Assembly: GCA_963741005.1 (NCBI GenBank)
Contig: CAVUGQ010000005.1
Coordinates: 271,965-335,964 of the forward strand
DNA: 64,000 nt
Origin: Candidatus Bathyarchaeota archaeon
GTDB lineage: Archaea > Thermoproteota > Bathyarchaeia > Bathyarchaeales > Bathycorpusculaceae
Direction: 5' to 3'
The notes below the pieces were generated by a model. It was given only the letters and a program-made list of their open reading frames with translations, searched no databases and was not told the origin of the DNA. Below, one piece after another: positions 8,904-18,644 of the stretch (the stretch's first letter is position 1; the number at the start of each line of letters is the position of its first letter). Position numbers and translations under genes: made by a program.

Positions 8904-9298
8904 GCGGATCTATTGCTAAGGGTTCCAGGTGCTACGTTGCAATGTACCAGGATAAGCCAGTTGGGTTCATCGCGGTTATGCATATTCACATGAAGGCCAG
9001 GTATTACAGGGTGCATCGATTAGTGATTTTGCCTGATTACCAGGGCATAGGCTTAGGCAAAAGATTATTGAATTTTATAGCGGAGCTCTACACTTCACAA
9101 ACGAAAGCGCCCTTCTACATTGTTACCAGCAATCCTCAGATTGTCCGCGGCAACTTGGATCGTTGGAGTGTGAAGCGGTATGGGCATGTGAAGCGGTCTG
9201 ATAAGCAAGATACCAGGATGAACAATGAAATTAAGGCGAGTGTTAGTGCCAAGCGTATTAGCATAACTTTAGAGTACAAACCTGTGAGGGCGCCTTAA
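8780..9298 (+). CDS. GNAT-like acetyltransferase domain ORF (Q-x-x-G-x-G motif YQGIGLGKRLL). True start uncertain; likely entered by frameshift from the ATPase ORF.
   Basis: ILPDYQGIGLGKRLLNFIAELY resembles the GNAT acetyl-CoA-binding motif. Overlap with the upstream ORF. Confidence 0.4.
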   Translation: MGTLYRYNGVYPKKRSRPPVNIQVYRCGSNLWEMFRQYHYLSGSIAKGSRCYVAMYQDKPVGFIAVMHIHMKARYYRVHRLVILPDYQGIGLGKRLLNFIAELYTSQTKAPFYIVTSNPQIVRGNLDRWSVKRYGHVKRSDKQDTRMNNEIKASVSAKRISITLEYKPVRAP

Positions 9299-9339
9299 AA
9301 ATTGTTTTTCAAATTTTTGTTTGAAAAAGCGGGGGTATA

Positions 9340-9852
9340 TTGTTGAAGGAGGTTCTTTTTCGTCGGCGTTTAAGGATGTCTCGTATGTTGGCGATGAATA
9401 ATTCGCTTCATGTTGTAGTTGAGACTTTAAGTAAAGAGTTTGATGTTACACCTCAAGCGATTTACCATGACCACGCTAACATGCATGTTTGGTCTCATGA
9501 AATTGAGCAGGATAAGCAGTTGACTGCTATTTTGCGGGCTCGTTTAGGGCTTCTTAGTCGTGAGGCGTTGACGTTGGCGATGGAGACTAAGAAGGATCAG
9601 AATGTTAAGGATAAGTTTGTGAAGATTGGGGCGATTAATTCTGCTTTGAAGGTTACTGATCGTGAGATTTCGTTGGCTCAGGAGTTGGGGTTGGTTGAGC
9701 GTAAGCCTTTGGAGGTTGAGTCGACAAATAGGAATTTGACTGTTATTCGAATGTGGCAGCCAACTGATGAGACAGTAAACGGAGAGCTTTCTAAGGTATT
9801 GCCGTTTGCAAAGCTAAGAAGCTTAGAGGTGGTAAGTGCATCGAAAATTTGA
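9340..9852 (+). CDS. Hypothetical protein with N-terminal HTH-like segment. Possible small terminase or DNA-binding protein.
   Basis: 170 aa. SKEFDVTPQAIYHDHANM resembles an HTH. Position after the ParB/ATPase genes. Confidence 0.3.
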   Translation: MLKEVLFRRRLRMSRMLAMNNSLHVVVETLSKEFDVTPQAIYHDHANMHVWSHEIEQDKQLTAILRARLGLLSREALTLAMETKKDQNVKDKFVKIGAINSALKVTDREISLAQELGLVERKPLEVESTNRNLTVIRMWQPTDETVNGELSKVLPFAKLRSLEVVSASKI

Positions 9853-10375
9853 AGGATGGGGAATGAAGCTGATGGGGTCTCATGAGCGGAAGCGTGCTAA
9901 GAAACGTAGGCAACAGGCGCGGGATTTGTTGAAGAGTTTGGAGGGTAATTTAGTTTAGGGGTCATCGGCGCCGTGTAGCAGTGGTGTGCGAGATTCTTGT
10001 TTGTTGTAGAGTTGGTCCTGTTTTGGCTTCTGTGATTACTCGAAGGTGTAACCTTTGTAATGATACTTTTCATTTTTTCGGTGACGAGTTGGTGCGCTGC
10101 GGTTTCTTGTCTAAGAGCATTAATTATGAGCAGATGTTTTATGGTACGACGCGGTTGGGGCTTGATTTTCTGCACAAGTTTGATGAATTGCAGGAGTTAG
10201 TGGCGCCGCTTGAGAGATCTTTTGGGAAACTGTTATTGTAGCATAGTTAGGTTTATGCGACTATTCAGTAATTAACAACAGAAAAACAACAAAAATAAGA
10301 AATCTTAAAACAAGACCTTGATAAAGTTAAGTTTATCAAGCTTTTCATTGTAAATTTAGTTTATGCTTTTACTTT

Positions 10376-11359
10376 TTAAACGTTCGGTTTGTTTTGAAAG
10401 ATAGTTTTTCGATGCCTTCTATAAATTAACAAAACAAAACTTAAGGCAACAACTACCGCTATAAGAGCAATTATTAGAATTTGTTCGTTAACGGTTATCA
10501 TGGTCGGGGCTGGTGTAGGACTTGGCAAAGGTGTCGGTAACGGACTTTGTGACGGCAAAGGCAAAAACGCAGCAGTTTTCATTAAGTAAATAAAACCCCA
10601 ATATCCTTGATTCAAATAAGAGTTTGCAATGCCCAGACATGCAAGTGCTCCATCCGATGTTTCAATGATGGAAAATATTTTAAAAGGAAAAGTGATGGTA
10701 CCATTATAATAATTGGCAGGACCTGAATAAGTAAAATTCTCAATCCATTGCGTATCGTTATTTGAATCTGTTTTCACAAGAGTAGGAAAAGAAACAAAGG
10801 TAGGAAAAAGATTTACATTTGCTGGTTCAAAGTAAACGAACCCGCCATCGCTGGTTTGAATATTGGGTGAGGCAATGGCTAAGTTTAAGACCGTACTTGT
10901 ATTTTCATACCATTGAATACCCCCTTTTGAATCCAATTTTATCAGTGTAGGCGTAAACTGAAGGGGTATGCCTTGTGCGTTGCCATAATTGCTCCATTCT
11001 CCTGCTATTTCATATCCGCCATCGCTGGTCTGAATGAGGTTTGATGCATGAAATAAATTGATAGTTTTATTCCATTGCATGCTACCTAAAGAATCAAGCC
11101 TGTAAAGAGTTGAAGGAATAAAAAGGGATTGTTGGTAGGATTTGCCGCAATCTAAAAATGCGTATCCACCATCAATTGTTTGAATCAAGTTAGAAACTGA
11201 CTCAGTACTTCCCGACCCATATAATTTTTGCCATTGAGTGGCAGGAGGTGATGTGCTGCTTGAGGTTTGGGCTGAAACTAAAGTAAATTGAAGAATTATT
11301 AAGGACATTATGAAAACAGCGACAAGAAATGAATCGAAACTCTTACCTAAACTACGCAT
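10376..11359 (-). CDS. Secreted beta-propeller-like repeat protein (QT-DGGY repeats) with PT-rich linker and C-terminal TM plus basic tail
   Basis: QTIDGGYAFLDCG, QTSDGGYEIAGE, QTSDGGFVYFEP. C-terminus ILIIALIAVVVALSFVLLIYRRHRK. Confidence 0.65.
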   Translation of the reverse strand: MRSLGKSFDSFLVAVFIMSLIILQFTLVSAQTSSSTSPPATQWQKLYGSGSTESVSNLIQTIDGGYAFLDCGKSYQQSLFIPSTLYRLDSLGSMQWNKTINLFHASNLIQTSDGGYEIAGEWSNYGNAQGIPLQFTPTLIKLDSKGGIQWYENTSTVLNLAIASPNIQTSDGGFVYFEPANVNLFPTFVSFPTLVKTDSNNDTQWIENFTYSGPANYYNGTITFPFKIFSIIETSDGALACLGIANSYLNQGYWGFIYLMKTAAFLPLPSQSPLPTPLPSPTPAPTMITVNEQILIIALIAVVVALSFVLLIYRRHRKTIFQNKPNV

Positions 11360-11944
11360 AATTACACTAAAGAAACATATGCAATAAAAGCCTGTTCGTA
11401 AAGAAATCTGGACTAATCCAAGTCAACATTTCTTGACAAAAAAAGAAAGGTGGGTACACCCTACAGTGGGAAACGGTCATTGAATTAAGTTAGTCTTCTT
11501 TCTATGCCTAACTCTGGACAAAAAATACCTTTTCAAAATGAAGCTCTATATATTCACTTCTGGACCTCTTCTCTTTTGAGGCTTCTTTATCTATTTTGTC
11601 TAATACACGATTTGATAGGGCTATGCTTACTGGGTGTTTGCGCACTGTAACCTGAGCCTCTGAGTATTTGCCGCTTGTAAATATTCAAAAAATATAATTA
11701 AAAACTGCTAAAGAGTGACTTCTGCTGGTTTTTTTAATTTTTAAAAACCGTTGATTGAGCATAATTTTTGTGTTGATGAGGTTGATAGGGAGATTTTGCA
11801 GTTACTCTTCGAAGTAGGAAGCGTTGGATTATTCCCTAAGGACTTGGCCGGAAGGCTTGAGCGATTTAAAGTTAGTCGCCAACAGGTTAGTCGCCGATGA
11901 GATGGTGCATTCGCCGGGTTCTTTTCAGGAAATCGCAAAGATGT

Positions 11945-12286
11945 TTAAGTGAGTTTTTGGAAACGTACTTTTCCAACGTGTTCAAGAATCCATTTAACTA
12001 GTTGGTCGTAGGTTTCAGCGCCCAATTTTGTAAGCACAACATCATCGTTTGAATCAAACTCGATAAACCCTTTCTTTGCCATCCAATCTAAGTATTTGAT
12101 TAATCGGTCGTAAGATAAGCCAGTGGAGGTGGCAAGAGCAGTCTTGTTTGGTCTATTTTTTTCTCTTAGAGTCTTAATGACCCTTGCCAACACATACAGG
12201 TCAGGCTTTGAAATCGGCTCTCCTGAAGTCATTTTCAAACCACCGAAGCTCCCAAAGAAGCGAATCAAGACGCCCAACCTGTTCAT
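11945..12286 (-). CDS. Winged-helix transcriptional regulator
   Basis: 113 aa. Helix-turn-helix-like segment TALATSTGLSYDRLIKYLDWMAKKGFIEF. Confidence 0.5.
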   Translation of the reverse strand: MNRLGVLIRFFGSFGGLKMTSGEPISKPDLYVLARVIKTLREKNRPNKTALATSTGLSYDRLIKYLDWMAKKGFIEFDSNDDVVLTKLGAETYDQLVKWILEHVGKVRFQKLT

Positions 12287-12301
12287 AACGATAACGAAAG
12301 G

Positions 12302-12877
12302 TCATTTCATGCTTAGGGCCAGAACAAGAACCAGAGGAATCACAACCCACGAAATTGGGTCAAAGCTGAGATGAAGAGTATTTTGTATGATTCCTGACAA
12401 AACGCCAAAGAAAAAGAAGGCTACTGTCCACCAAGCGATTATCTTCACTGCTCCATAAAGCCCAAATCCAAGTTTTGCGAACCTTATGTCATTAAAGGTT
12501 TTTTCCCAGTTTGTTTCTTGCAAAAGCTTTAATGCGCCAGGTGTTCCTTCGCCCAATGTGCTTTTCCATTTCCCCTGCATTGTTGTTACGAGATTCAATT
12601 TCCGTCGAACCCATAAAAAGCCTGCAATCACTCCAAACAAAAGAATTATGGCGCTGTAAGAAGGAAGCACAAATGAAATTCCTATATAATCAATGTTATA
12701 CCCATAAAAAACAATCAGTAAGTTAACGATAATGTTTACTGTTTCTAAAGCTACTACCGAAGCTACAACTATTATTACAAAATCCGCCATAGCGTTGGCG
12801 AGTTCTCGGTATGCTTTAACCTGATCTAACGCGGTCATGAACTCAGTCATTTTGACTGTAAGGTTCTCTTCTGTCAA
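12302..12877 (-). CDS. Integral membrane protein (about 4 TM)
   Basis: Hydrophobic segments. Operonic with 11945..12286 and 12874..13371 (4-nt overlaps). Confidence 0.5.
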   Translation of the reverse strand: MTEENLTVKMTEFMTALDQVKAYRELANAMADFVIIVVASVVALETVNIIVNLLIVFYGYNIDYIGISFVLPSYSAIILLFGVIAGFLWVRRKLNLVTTMQGKWKSTLGEGTPGALKLLQETNWEKTFNDIRFAKLGFGLYGAVKIIAWWTVAFFFFGVLSGIIQNTLHLSFDPISWVVIPLVLVLALSMK

Positions 12878-13371
12878 AGTGCCACACCGTACCCTTGAAT
12901 GTTTACTTGGGCGTTTCCTTTAACAAGAAACCAGTAGACTGAAATTCCTGACGATAATCCTGGGTAAGTTTGATATTGAGAAAGGATCTGTTGGAAGGTG
13001 GTGCTGTTGTTTGATACGAACTCTACATCTATTGGATGATTATTTGAAATGTTAATCCCTTCAGTTTGAAGAGCAAAGCTTCCTGTATTTGACCCAGTGC
13101 TTGGTAGGATAACGGAGAATTTGTAGTGCGTCATTGCAGGTATATTAGTTGAGGTTCCGTTTGGAAATATCAGCGTCGTATTAGATTGTTTATCGACTTG
13201 GGCGGATATGTCAATTTCAACCCTAATATGAGCGTAAGCTGCCTTTGAAATCACCACGGTAGTTGAGTCACCTGCCCAAGTGTTAACATCAAGAGAGTGA
13301 AATGAAGATAGAACGGCAACTTGGCTGGACACAATAATAATTAATGCCAAGAGCACCCAGAGTTTTTTCAT
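12874..13371 (-). CDS. Secreted protein (signal peptide, beta-rich)
   Basis: MKKLWVLLALIIIVSSQVAVL signal. N-x-S/T sequons. Confidence 0.5.
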   Translation of the reverse strand: MKKLWVLLALIIIVSSQVAVLSSFHSLDVNTWAGDSTTVVISKAAYAHIRVEIDISAQVDKQSNTTLIFPNGTSTNIPAMTHYKFSVILPSTGSNTGSFALQTEGINISNNHPIDVEFVSNNSTTFQQILSQYQTYPGLSSGISVYWFLVKGNAQVNIQGYGVAL

Positions 13372-13604
13372 GAATCCTATTAAGGGAACTATGAATATAA
13401 GGCAAACTCACTGCCAAAGAGTATGGAGATTACCGTTCGAGGTAAACTGATTCTATGAGTTCGCTAGCCCTATGCCCCTTAGATTAGAATTGATCTGTGT
13501 ACATTAAAAGTCATTGTTTACCTGTTTTTCTTTTTGCGGTGCATTTTGCCTTCATAAACTCGAGTGTACGCATGGAACCTTTGCTGTTTATGTACTCGTG
13601 GCTT

Positions 13605-13740
13605 ACTGGTTTGTGTACTGTCGTGTTTACGACAATAAGCCATTAGTGCAGTCTGTTCCCAACTAATTAAACATGTCTCGCGGTGGCAGTCGGCATGCTG
13701 ATTTCGAGAAAATTGACTCAGCTTTCTTGACACACTACAA
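13605..13740 (+). repeat. Direct repeat R2 (partner of 7205-7335)
   Basis: See R1. Confidence 0.8.
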
Positions 13741-13794
13741 TAAAGATCCTAACCTTGGAGATTCGCTGGAGGCTGCTTTGTTTGGCTTTGACTG
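13672..13794 (+). CDS. Conserved small ORF (40 aa, MSRGGSRHADFEKIDSAFLTHYNKDPNLGDS...), paralog of 7269..7433
   Basis: Frame conserved with the R1 copy. Confidence 0.45.
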
Positions 13795-13924
13795 AGCGTG
13801 AGAAGAGAATTCTACAATTTGCATTCTGATGGCTTGAATGATTATAGAATTGCCAAGAAGCTAAAGATGGAAACACCCGAACTCTTTTTTGTGTTTTTTG
13901 CCAGCATGGGAGTTTTGAGGGAAT

Positions 13925-14539
13925 CTATTCAGCACTTTCCCCGATGGGGATAATCATGTCTATGGTTGTATGAGCACGAAGCCCTGTTAGCTGAATTGGT
14001 GCTACAAGATGAAAACATAAATCAATGGTGAGCTGCAGGTCGTTGGGTCTATCCTTTTGCACATTATGAAGGATAAATCGAAATTCTGCGTCGCCTCTTC
14101 CTGCTTTGCCTAGCCAACGGAAATCTTCAACGTTGAAATTGATGCCATCTAATTCCCTATTAAAACTGTATTGAACATTGCTCGGGTCAGATTTGAGATA
14201 GATGCTTCCCATGGCTGCGGACTCAAACTTAAAAACCATCGAATCAACTTCGATATCGTCTGCGTGGTTTATGATTAGCAGAGCCTCAGCAGAGGGTAAT
14301 GGGGTGAATGCATTTTGGAGAAAAAACTGAACTCTAGCGATAGTGATGTTGTTAGCATCGGTGAAGTTGCCGATGTATCCGCTTCCGTTGGGGTGGTTCT
14401 CAAGCAATAACGTTGTTTCGGTGAGTTCTTCGTAGTATAGAAAACGTTCGCTTGCTGAAAGCACGATTAAAGCAGAAAAAGTAATTATTAAAATCAGAAT
14501 AAAACCAATTATTGTTTTTCGTTTAACCAAACCTCTCAC
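13925..14539 (-). CDS. N-terminally anchored or secreted hypothetical protein
   Basis: TM/signal IIGFILILIITFSALIVLSA. 204 aa. Confidence 0.45.
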   Translation of the reverse strand: MRGLVKRKTIIGFILILIITFSALIVLSASERFLYYEELTETTLLLENHPNGSGYIGNFTDANNITIARVQFFLQNAFTPLPSAEALLIINHADDIEVDSMVFKFESAAMGSIYLKSDPSNVQYSFNRELDGINFNVEDFRWLGKAGRGDAEFRFILHNVQKDRPNDLQLTIDLCFHLVAPIQLTGLRAHTTIDMIIPIGESAE

Positions 14540-14711
14540 TCCCTCGGTTTAACCTTAGTTGCAACAGTATATTGTAAAATAAGATGTTAAACAAAAAGCA
14601 TTTGCTTAAACTGCTTAGGCATAGCAATCAGTCTTTCTATTTGTTTTGACCTTGCTTAAAAAATTTTAATTCTATGAGGTGTAGGGTATGCACCTAGTCG
14701 TGGGAAAAGGT

Positions 14712-15584
14712 CTACTTACTCAAGTCAGCGGTTTTTCGATGACTTCTAAAAAGTAGTAATGACAGAGCAACAATAATAGCTAGGAAGACTGCAACAACCG
14801 CAATTAATGTATTCAAAGGTACAGAAATTGGATTGCCAGTTGAGTTAGTTGTAGTTGGTGTTGAAGTAGGTGTTATGGCTGGATTCGACGATGACGTTGG
14901 GCTTGGTGAATTGGCACTTAACGGAGTGTTAGCAGGTATGTTTATTGTTTGTGTGTTGCTCCAATCGCTTGCTTTACCGGAAAAAAAATATGGAAAAAAT
15001 GGAGGATCACTGCCATTTCGACCGATTTGACCTATCATTGCTTGAACGTGGATATCGGTTTGTGTTCCTGCAAGACTCCCCACGCCCATTTGACCTTCTA
15101 TGTTGATTGTTGTAGTTGTATACTCAGAATTAGAGGGCACAAGGTACCCGTAATATGCATTGTAAATATCGGTCCACTGATCGGATAAATGCGGCTTAAC
15201 TTGAATGTTGTAGTAGAAGCCAAAAGCACCGATAAGATGTGCGTTGCTGTAATCAAATACAAGTGGTTGATTCTTAATTGTTAATTCTACCGCGCTGTAT
15301 TCATTACTGTAGCCAATGTTAGCTACAATCTGTCCTGTATTTTGGTCTAACTGGTAAGTTGTAGGTTGAGTGTAAGGAGGACCGACAAGCTGTACGGTGA
15401 ATGTTGGAACAGAAGGTCTAGGTATAGGAACAGGGGAAGCTGTAGGTGTCTGAGCACTTGCAGGGTTAACCATTATTATGCAAGAGACTGCCAAGATGAC
15501 CACAAGAAGTAACGAGACCCCCTTGCTTGTACTGCCCATGCTTAATCTTAGGAATGGTTTGCAGATAAAAGACTTCTCGTACAA
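14712..15584 (-). CDS. Secreted surface protein with C-terminal TM plus basic tail, paralog of 15660..16337
   Basis: Shared SDWSNTQTINIP and VQAMIG blocks. C-terminus LIAVVAVFLAIIVALSLLLFRSHRKTADLSK. Conserved promoter GAAGTCTTTTATC lies upstream. Confidence 0.65.
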   Translation of the reverse strand: MYEKSFICKPFLRLSMGSTSKGVSLLLVVILAVSCIIMVNPASAQTPTASPVPIPRPSVPTFTVQLVGPPYTQPTTYQLDQNTGQIVANIGYSNEYSAVELTIKNQPLVFDYSNAHLIGAFGFYYNIQVKPHLSDQWTDIYNAYYGYLVPSNSEYTTTTINIEGQMGVGSLAGTQTDIHVQAMIGQIGRNGSDPPFFPYFFSGKASDWSNTQTINIPANTPLSANSPSPTSSSNPAITPTSTPTTTNSTGNPISVPLNTLIAVVAVFLAIIVALSLLLFRSHRKTADLSK

Positions 15585-15659
15585 GACTCTTAACTAAAGT
15601 CAGTTAAAGTTTTTTGACTAACAAACAGAGGGTAGGTATACGCTTGCTTGGGAAAAGGT

Positions 15660-16337
15660 CTACTTACTCAATGAAGCGGTTTTTCGATGCTTAAGTATCA
15701 CGGCAATAGCGCATACCCCAAATATCAAAGGTATAACCACTAAAGATGATATCTCAGGAACTGTAGGGGTTGGTGTTGGATTTGGTGAGGGTGAGATTGT
15801 AGGGATAGTTTCAGGTATGTTTATTGTTTGTGTGTTGCTCCAATCGCTTGTTTCGCCCACAAACACATAGGGCATGAACCCGTTTTTGAAGGCGCCTCTG
15901 TCGCGGTGCCCAATCATAGCTTGAACCTGAAACGCGACTTCGCCAGACTTAGGGATAACGCCTACTCCTTGGCTGGTGTCCCTTGGATAATAAATCGTTT
16001 CCCCAGCAACATATGTCAACACTGTAGTGGAGGAGTTTGACTGCTGCGGATACCAGTCTTCTGCGTCTTCCACGTGGTAGAGTTCACTCCAGTTTTTGCC
16101 GTCGACACTTATGGCTACGTTGTAGAAGAATCCGTCGGGGTATTGGCTTGCGGCGTCGAAGGGTTGGTTTCTTATTGTTAGGGTTATGGTGGTTGTGTTG
16201 GCTTGGGTTTGTATGGTGAATTCTGGTATGGATGGTTTAGGTACTGACTGAGCATATGCAGTTTTAACTATAATTATGCTTGTGACTGCTAAGATAACAA
16301 CAAAAAGTAACGAGAACCCTTTGGTTATACTGCCCAT
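15660..16337 (-). CDS. Secreted surface protein with PEI-TM-KHRK tail, paralog of 14712..15584
   Basis: C-terminus VPEISSLVVIPLIFGVCAIAVILKHRKTASLSK. Same promoter motif at 16338-16395. Confidence 0.65.
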   Translation of the reverse strand: MGSITKGFSLLFVVILAVTSIIIVKTAYAQSVPKPSIPEFTIQTQANTTTITLTIRNQPFDAASQYPDGFFYNVAISVDGKNWSELYHVEDAEDWYPQQSNSSTTVLTYVAGETIYYPRDTSQGVGVIPKSGEVAFQVQAMIGHRDRGAFKNGFMPYVFVGETSDWSNTQTINIPETIPTISPSPNPTPTPTVPEISSLVVIPLIFGVCAIAVILKHRKTASLSK

Positions 16338-16613
16338 GAATAGTCTTAGAATGAATTGTAGATAAAAGACTTCTCGTACAAGACTCTTGACTGATTTTCG
16401 TAAAGGTTTATTGACTAAACTGTTTTGGCTTTTCTATTGAAATTTAGTTTATGCGTCGATTTTATATGTACGTGCTTGCTGACTTGCTACTAATTATATT
16501 CATGATTAACGTCCAGTCTGAAAGATTGAACGTCTGCTCTCCTGCGTAAGCGGGGTGAAAACGAGCAAAGAGCATCTTAAATTTTATGCAACTAACCAAG
16601 AGGGTGTTAACTG

Positions 16614-16889
16614 TTGAGTCGTGCACAATCTAAAAAACTGAAAGATGAACAACGTTTCAAACAATACTATGGAGAGGAAAGCCTGGAGTTTCGTAATGCA
16701 ATGTTTTTCTGTTTTTGCAATAGCAAGTTTGACCCTGCGAAGCAGGAGTCTGTTTTTGTTGGGTGTCCTGAGGACCTAAAAATCTTTGTGGAATCGACTG
16801 TTCTAGATGCTTCTGTAGCTGATATTCCTGATTGCCCCGAAGGCTTAGTACTCTCAAATAATCGTGGGTTGGGCGCCTTCGATTTTTGA
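16614..16889 (+). CDS. Small Cys-containing hypothetical protein. First gene of the virus-like cluster.
   Basis: 91 aa. CFCNSK...GCPED...DCPEG. Confidence 0.35.
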   Translation: MSRAQSKKLKDEQRFKQYYGEESLEFRNAMFFCFCNSKFDPAKQESVFVGCPEDLKIFVESTVLDASVADIPDCPEGLVLSNNRGLGAFDF

Positions 16890-16900
16890 TGTAAGTAGAG

Positions 16901-17308
16901 TTGTGTAGAGAGGAAGGTGCATTACAAACGCCTGATAATAAAATAGAAATTACTATTGAAATGTGTGAAGCGTATAGAGCTAATTTTGTTAATCAGTTAT
17001 TGTCGATTGAGAGACAGGTCAATACACAAATTACTTCTCTCAAGGATGCTACTACCCTTGCTAAGTTTGAAATGGATAAAAGACTTGAGGGAATGAATGA
17101 ATTTAGAAATCAGTTGAAAGACCAAGCTAACATGTATTTTACTAAATCTGAGCATGAACAGTTTGGTAAAAGAATAGAGGATGACATAAGAAGTCTAAGG
17201 GAGTCAAGAGCCACTTTAGAGGGTAAAGCAAGCCAAAACTCAGTGCTTATAGCTTATGCGATTGCAGGTTTTTCAATGGTTATTTCAATATTTCAGCATT
17301 TTTGGTAG
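16901..17308 (+). CDS. Coiled-coil protein with C-terminal TM (tail-anchored). Small-terminase-like position.
   Basis: 135 aa. Immediately upstream of TerL. Confidence 0.3.
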   Translation: MCREEGALQTPDNKIEITIEMCEAYRANFVNQLLSIERQVNTQITSLKDATTLAKFEMDKRLEGMNEFRNQLKDQANMYFTKSEHEQFGKRIEDDIRSLRESRATLEGKASQNSVLIAYAIAGFSMVISIFQHFW

Positions 17309-17378
17309 CTGTGGTTTTGGTCATCCGAGCTGAATTTGAGCAGTAAAGGAATTATAATTATTTGAATGTGGCAGTTTA

Positions 17379-18644
17379 ATGACTCAGACCCAACAGGAAC
17401 AGGAAGTAACGTTGAGGTATTACCCGTTTCCCAAGCAAATGTTGTTTCACCGAGACCGCTACAAAATAAGGCACCGCGCAGTCTTTAGCGGAGTAGGAGG
17501 CGGCAAAACAATTTGCGGCTGCTTCGAAATCTTATCTATGCTCTTAGAAAACAAGAATAGCGTCGGATACATTTTTGAGCCAACCTACAAAATGGTGAGA
17601 CGAATTCTTATTCCCACTTTAGAATCAAAATGGCTGCTTGGGCATCCAATCGATAGTAACCCCATAGTTGAATCTTACAACAAAAGCGAAAACCTCATTC
17701 AATTCATAGATGGTCAATCTTTGTGGTTTGGTGGATTGGAGGAGCCGCAGTTTGCTGAAGGCGCAAACGTCAACGTCGTCTTGTTGGATGAAGCTCAGTA
17801 TATATCGCATTTTGCTGAGAGCCAAGATGTCGTATTACGTAGATTAAGAGGCAGCGGCAAAACCGATAGGGACATTACCAGTAGCATTGTTACTACGTCG
17901 CCGCCTCCGCTGATACCTGATTGTCGCCTCTACGATTTCTATGAGAACCCAGAAAAACGCAACCCTGACAGCCGAGTTTACCGTTGGTCAATGTTGGATA
18001 ACTCGTTTTTGCCTGAGAAGTACAAGCAAGAAATCATTGCAACTCACCATGGCAACTTAGCGAAACGTTTCATAGATGGCTTGTTTGCTCCAGTTGGCAT
18101 AGGAAGTTTTGATTATGATAGCGTTATTCACGAGCGCAAGTACGTCGAGCTCAGTACCCTGCAAAGTGTTGTGTACGGTGTCAACTTCGGATGGACAAAT
18201 CCCTCCGCTATCGTGGCAGTTGGCTTCGACAGCGACGGACGCGCCTACGTGCTTGACGAGTTCTATCAGAACCGAACGCAGACCGAGACGCTTATCTCGG
18301 AACTTAAAGAGATGCTTGCGCAATTTGGGCAGGGTCGCATAATTTGTGATCGCAGTTCACCCGCAACAATCGATATGCTTCACACTGCAGGCCTTAACGC
18401 TGTAGCCGACGAAAGCAAACGTGATGATGGCATACGTGAACTTGGCGGGCGCTTTATTGTGCAAGGCAATGGTAAACCACGCATTTTTATCGCGTCTAAA
18501 TGTGTGAATTTGATTCATGAAGTTATGGTTTACAACTCTGAAATTAAAGAGAATGACCACGCGATCGACGCTCTACGTTATGCCATCATGAGTGTTGTGA
18601 TGGCTAAGCCTGATGTTGAGCCTGCTTGGGTGTTTGGAGACTAA
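17379..18644 (+). CDS. terL: Terminase large subunit
   Basis: Walker A SGVGGGKT, Walker B VVLLDEAQY. C-terminal RNaseH-like nuclease with HAIDALRYAIMS. Confidence 0.85.
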   Translation: MTQTQQEQEVTLRYYPFPKQMLFHRDRYKIRHRAVFSGVGGGKTICGCFEILSMLLENKNSVGYIFEPTYKMVRRILIPTLESKWLLGHPIDSNPIVESYNKSENLIQFIDGQSLWFGGLEEPQFAEGANVNVVLLDEAQYISHFAESQDVVLRRLRGSGKTDRDITSSIVTTSPPPLIPDCRLYDFYENPEKRNPDSRVYRWSMLDNSFLPEKYKQEIIATHHGNLAKRFIDGLFAPVGIGSFDYDSVIHERKYVELSTLQSVVYGVNFGWTNPSAIVAVGFDSDGRAYVLDEFYQNRTQTETLISELKEMLAQFGQGRIICDRSSPATIDMLHTAGLNAVADESKRDDGIRELGGRFIVQGNGKPRIFIASKCVNLIHEVMVYNSEIKENDHAIDALRYAIMSVVMAKPDVEPAWVFGD

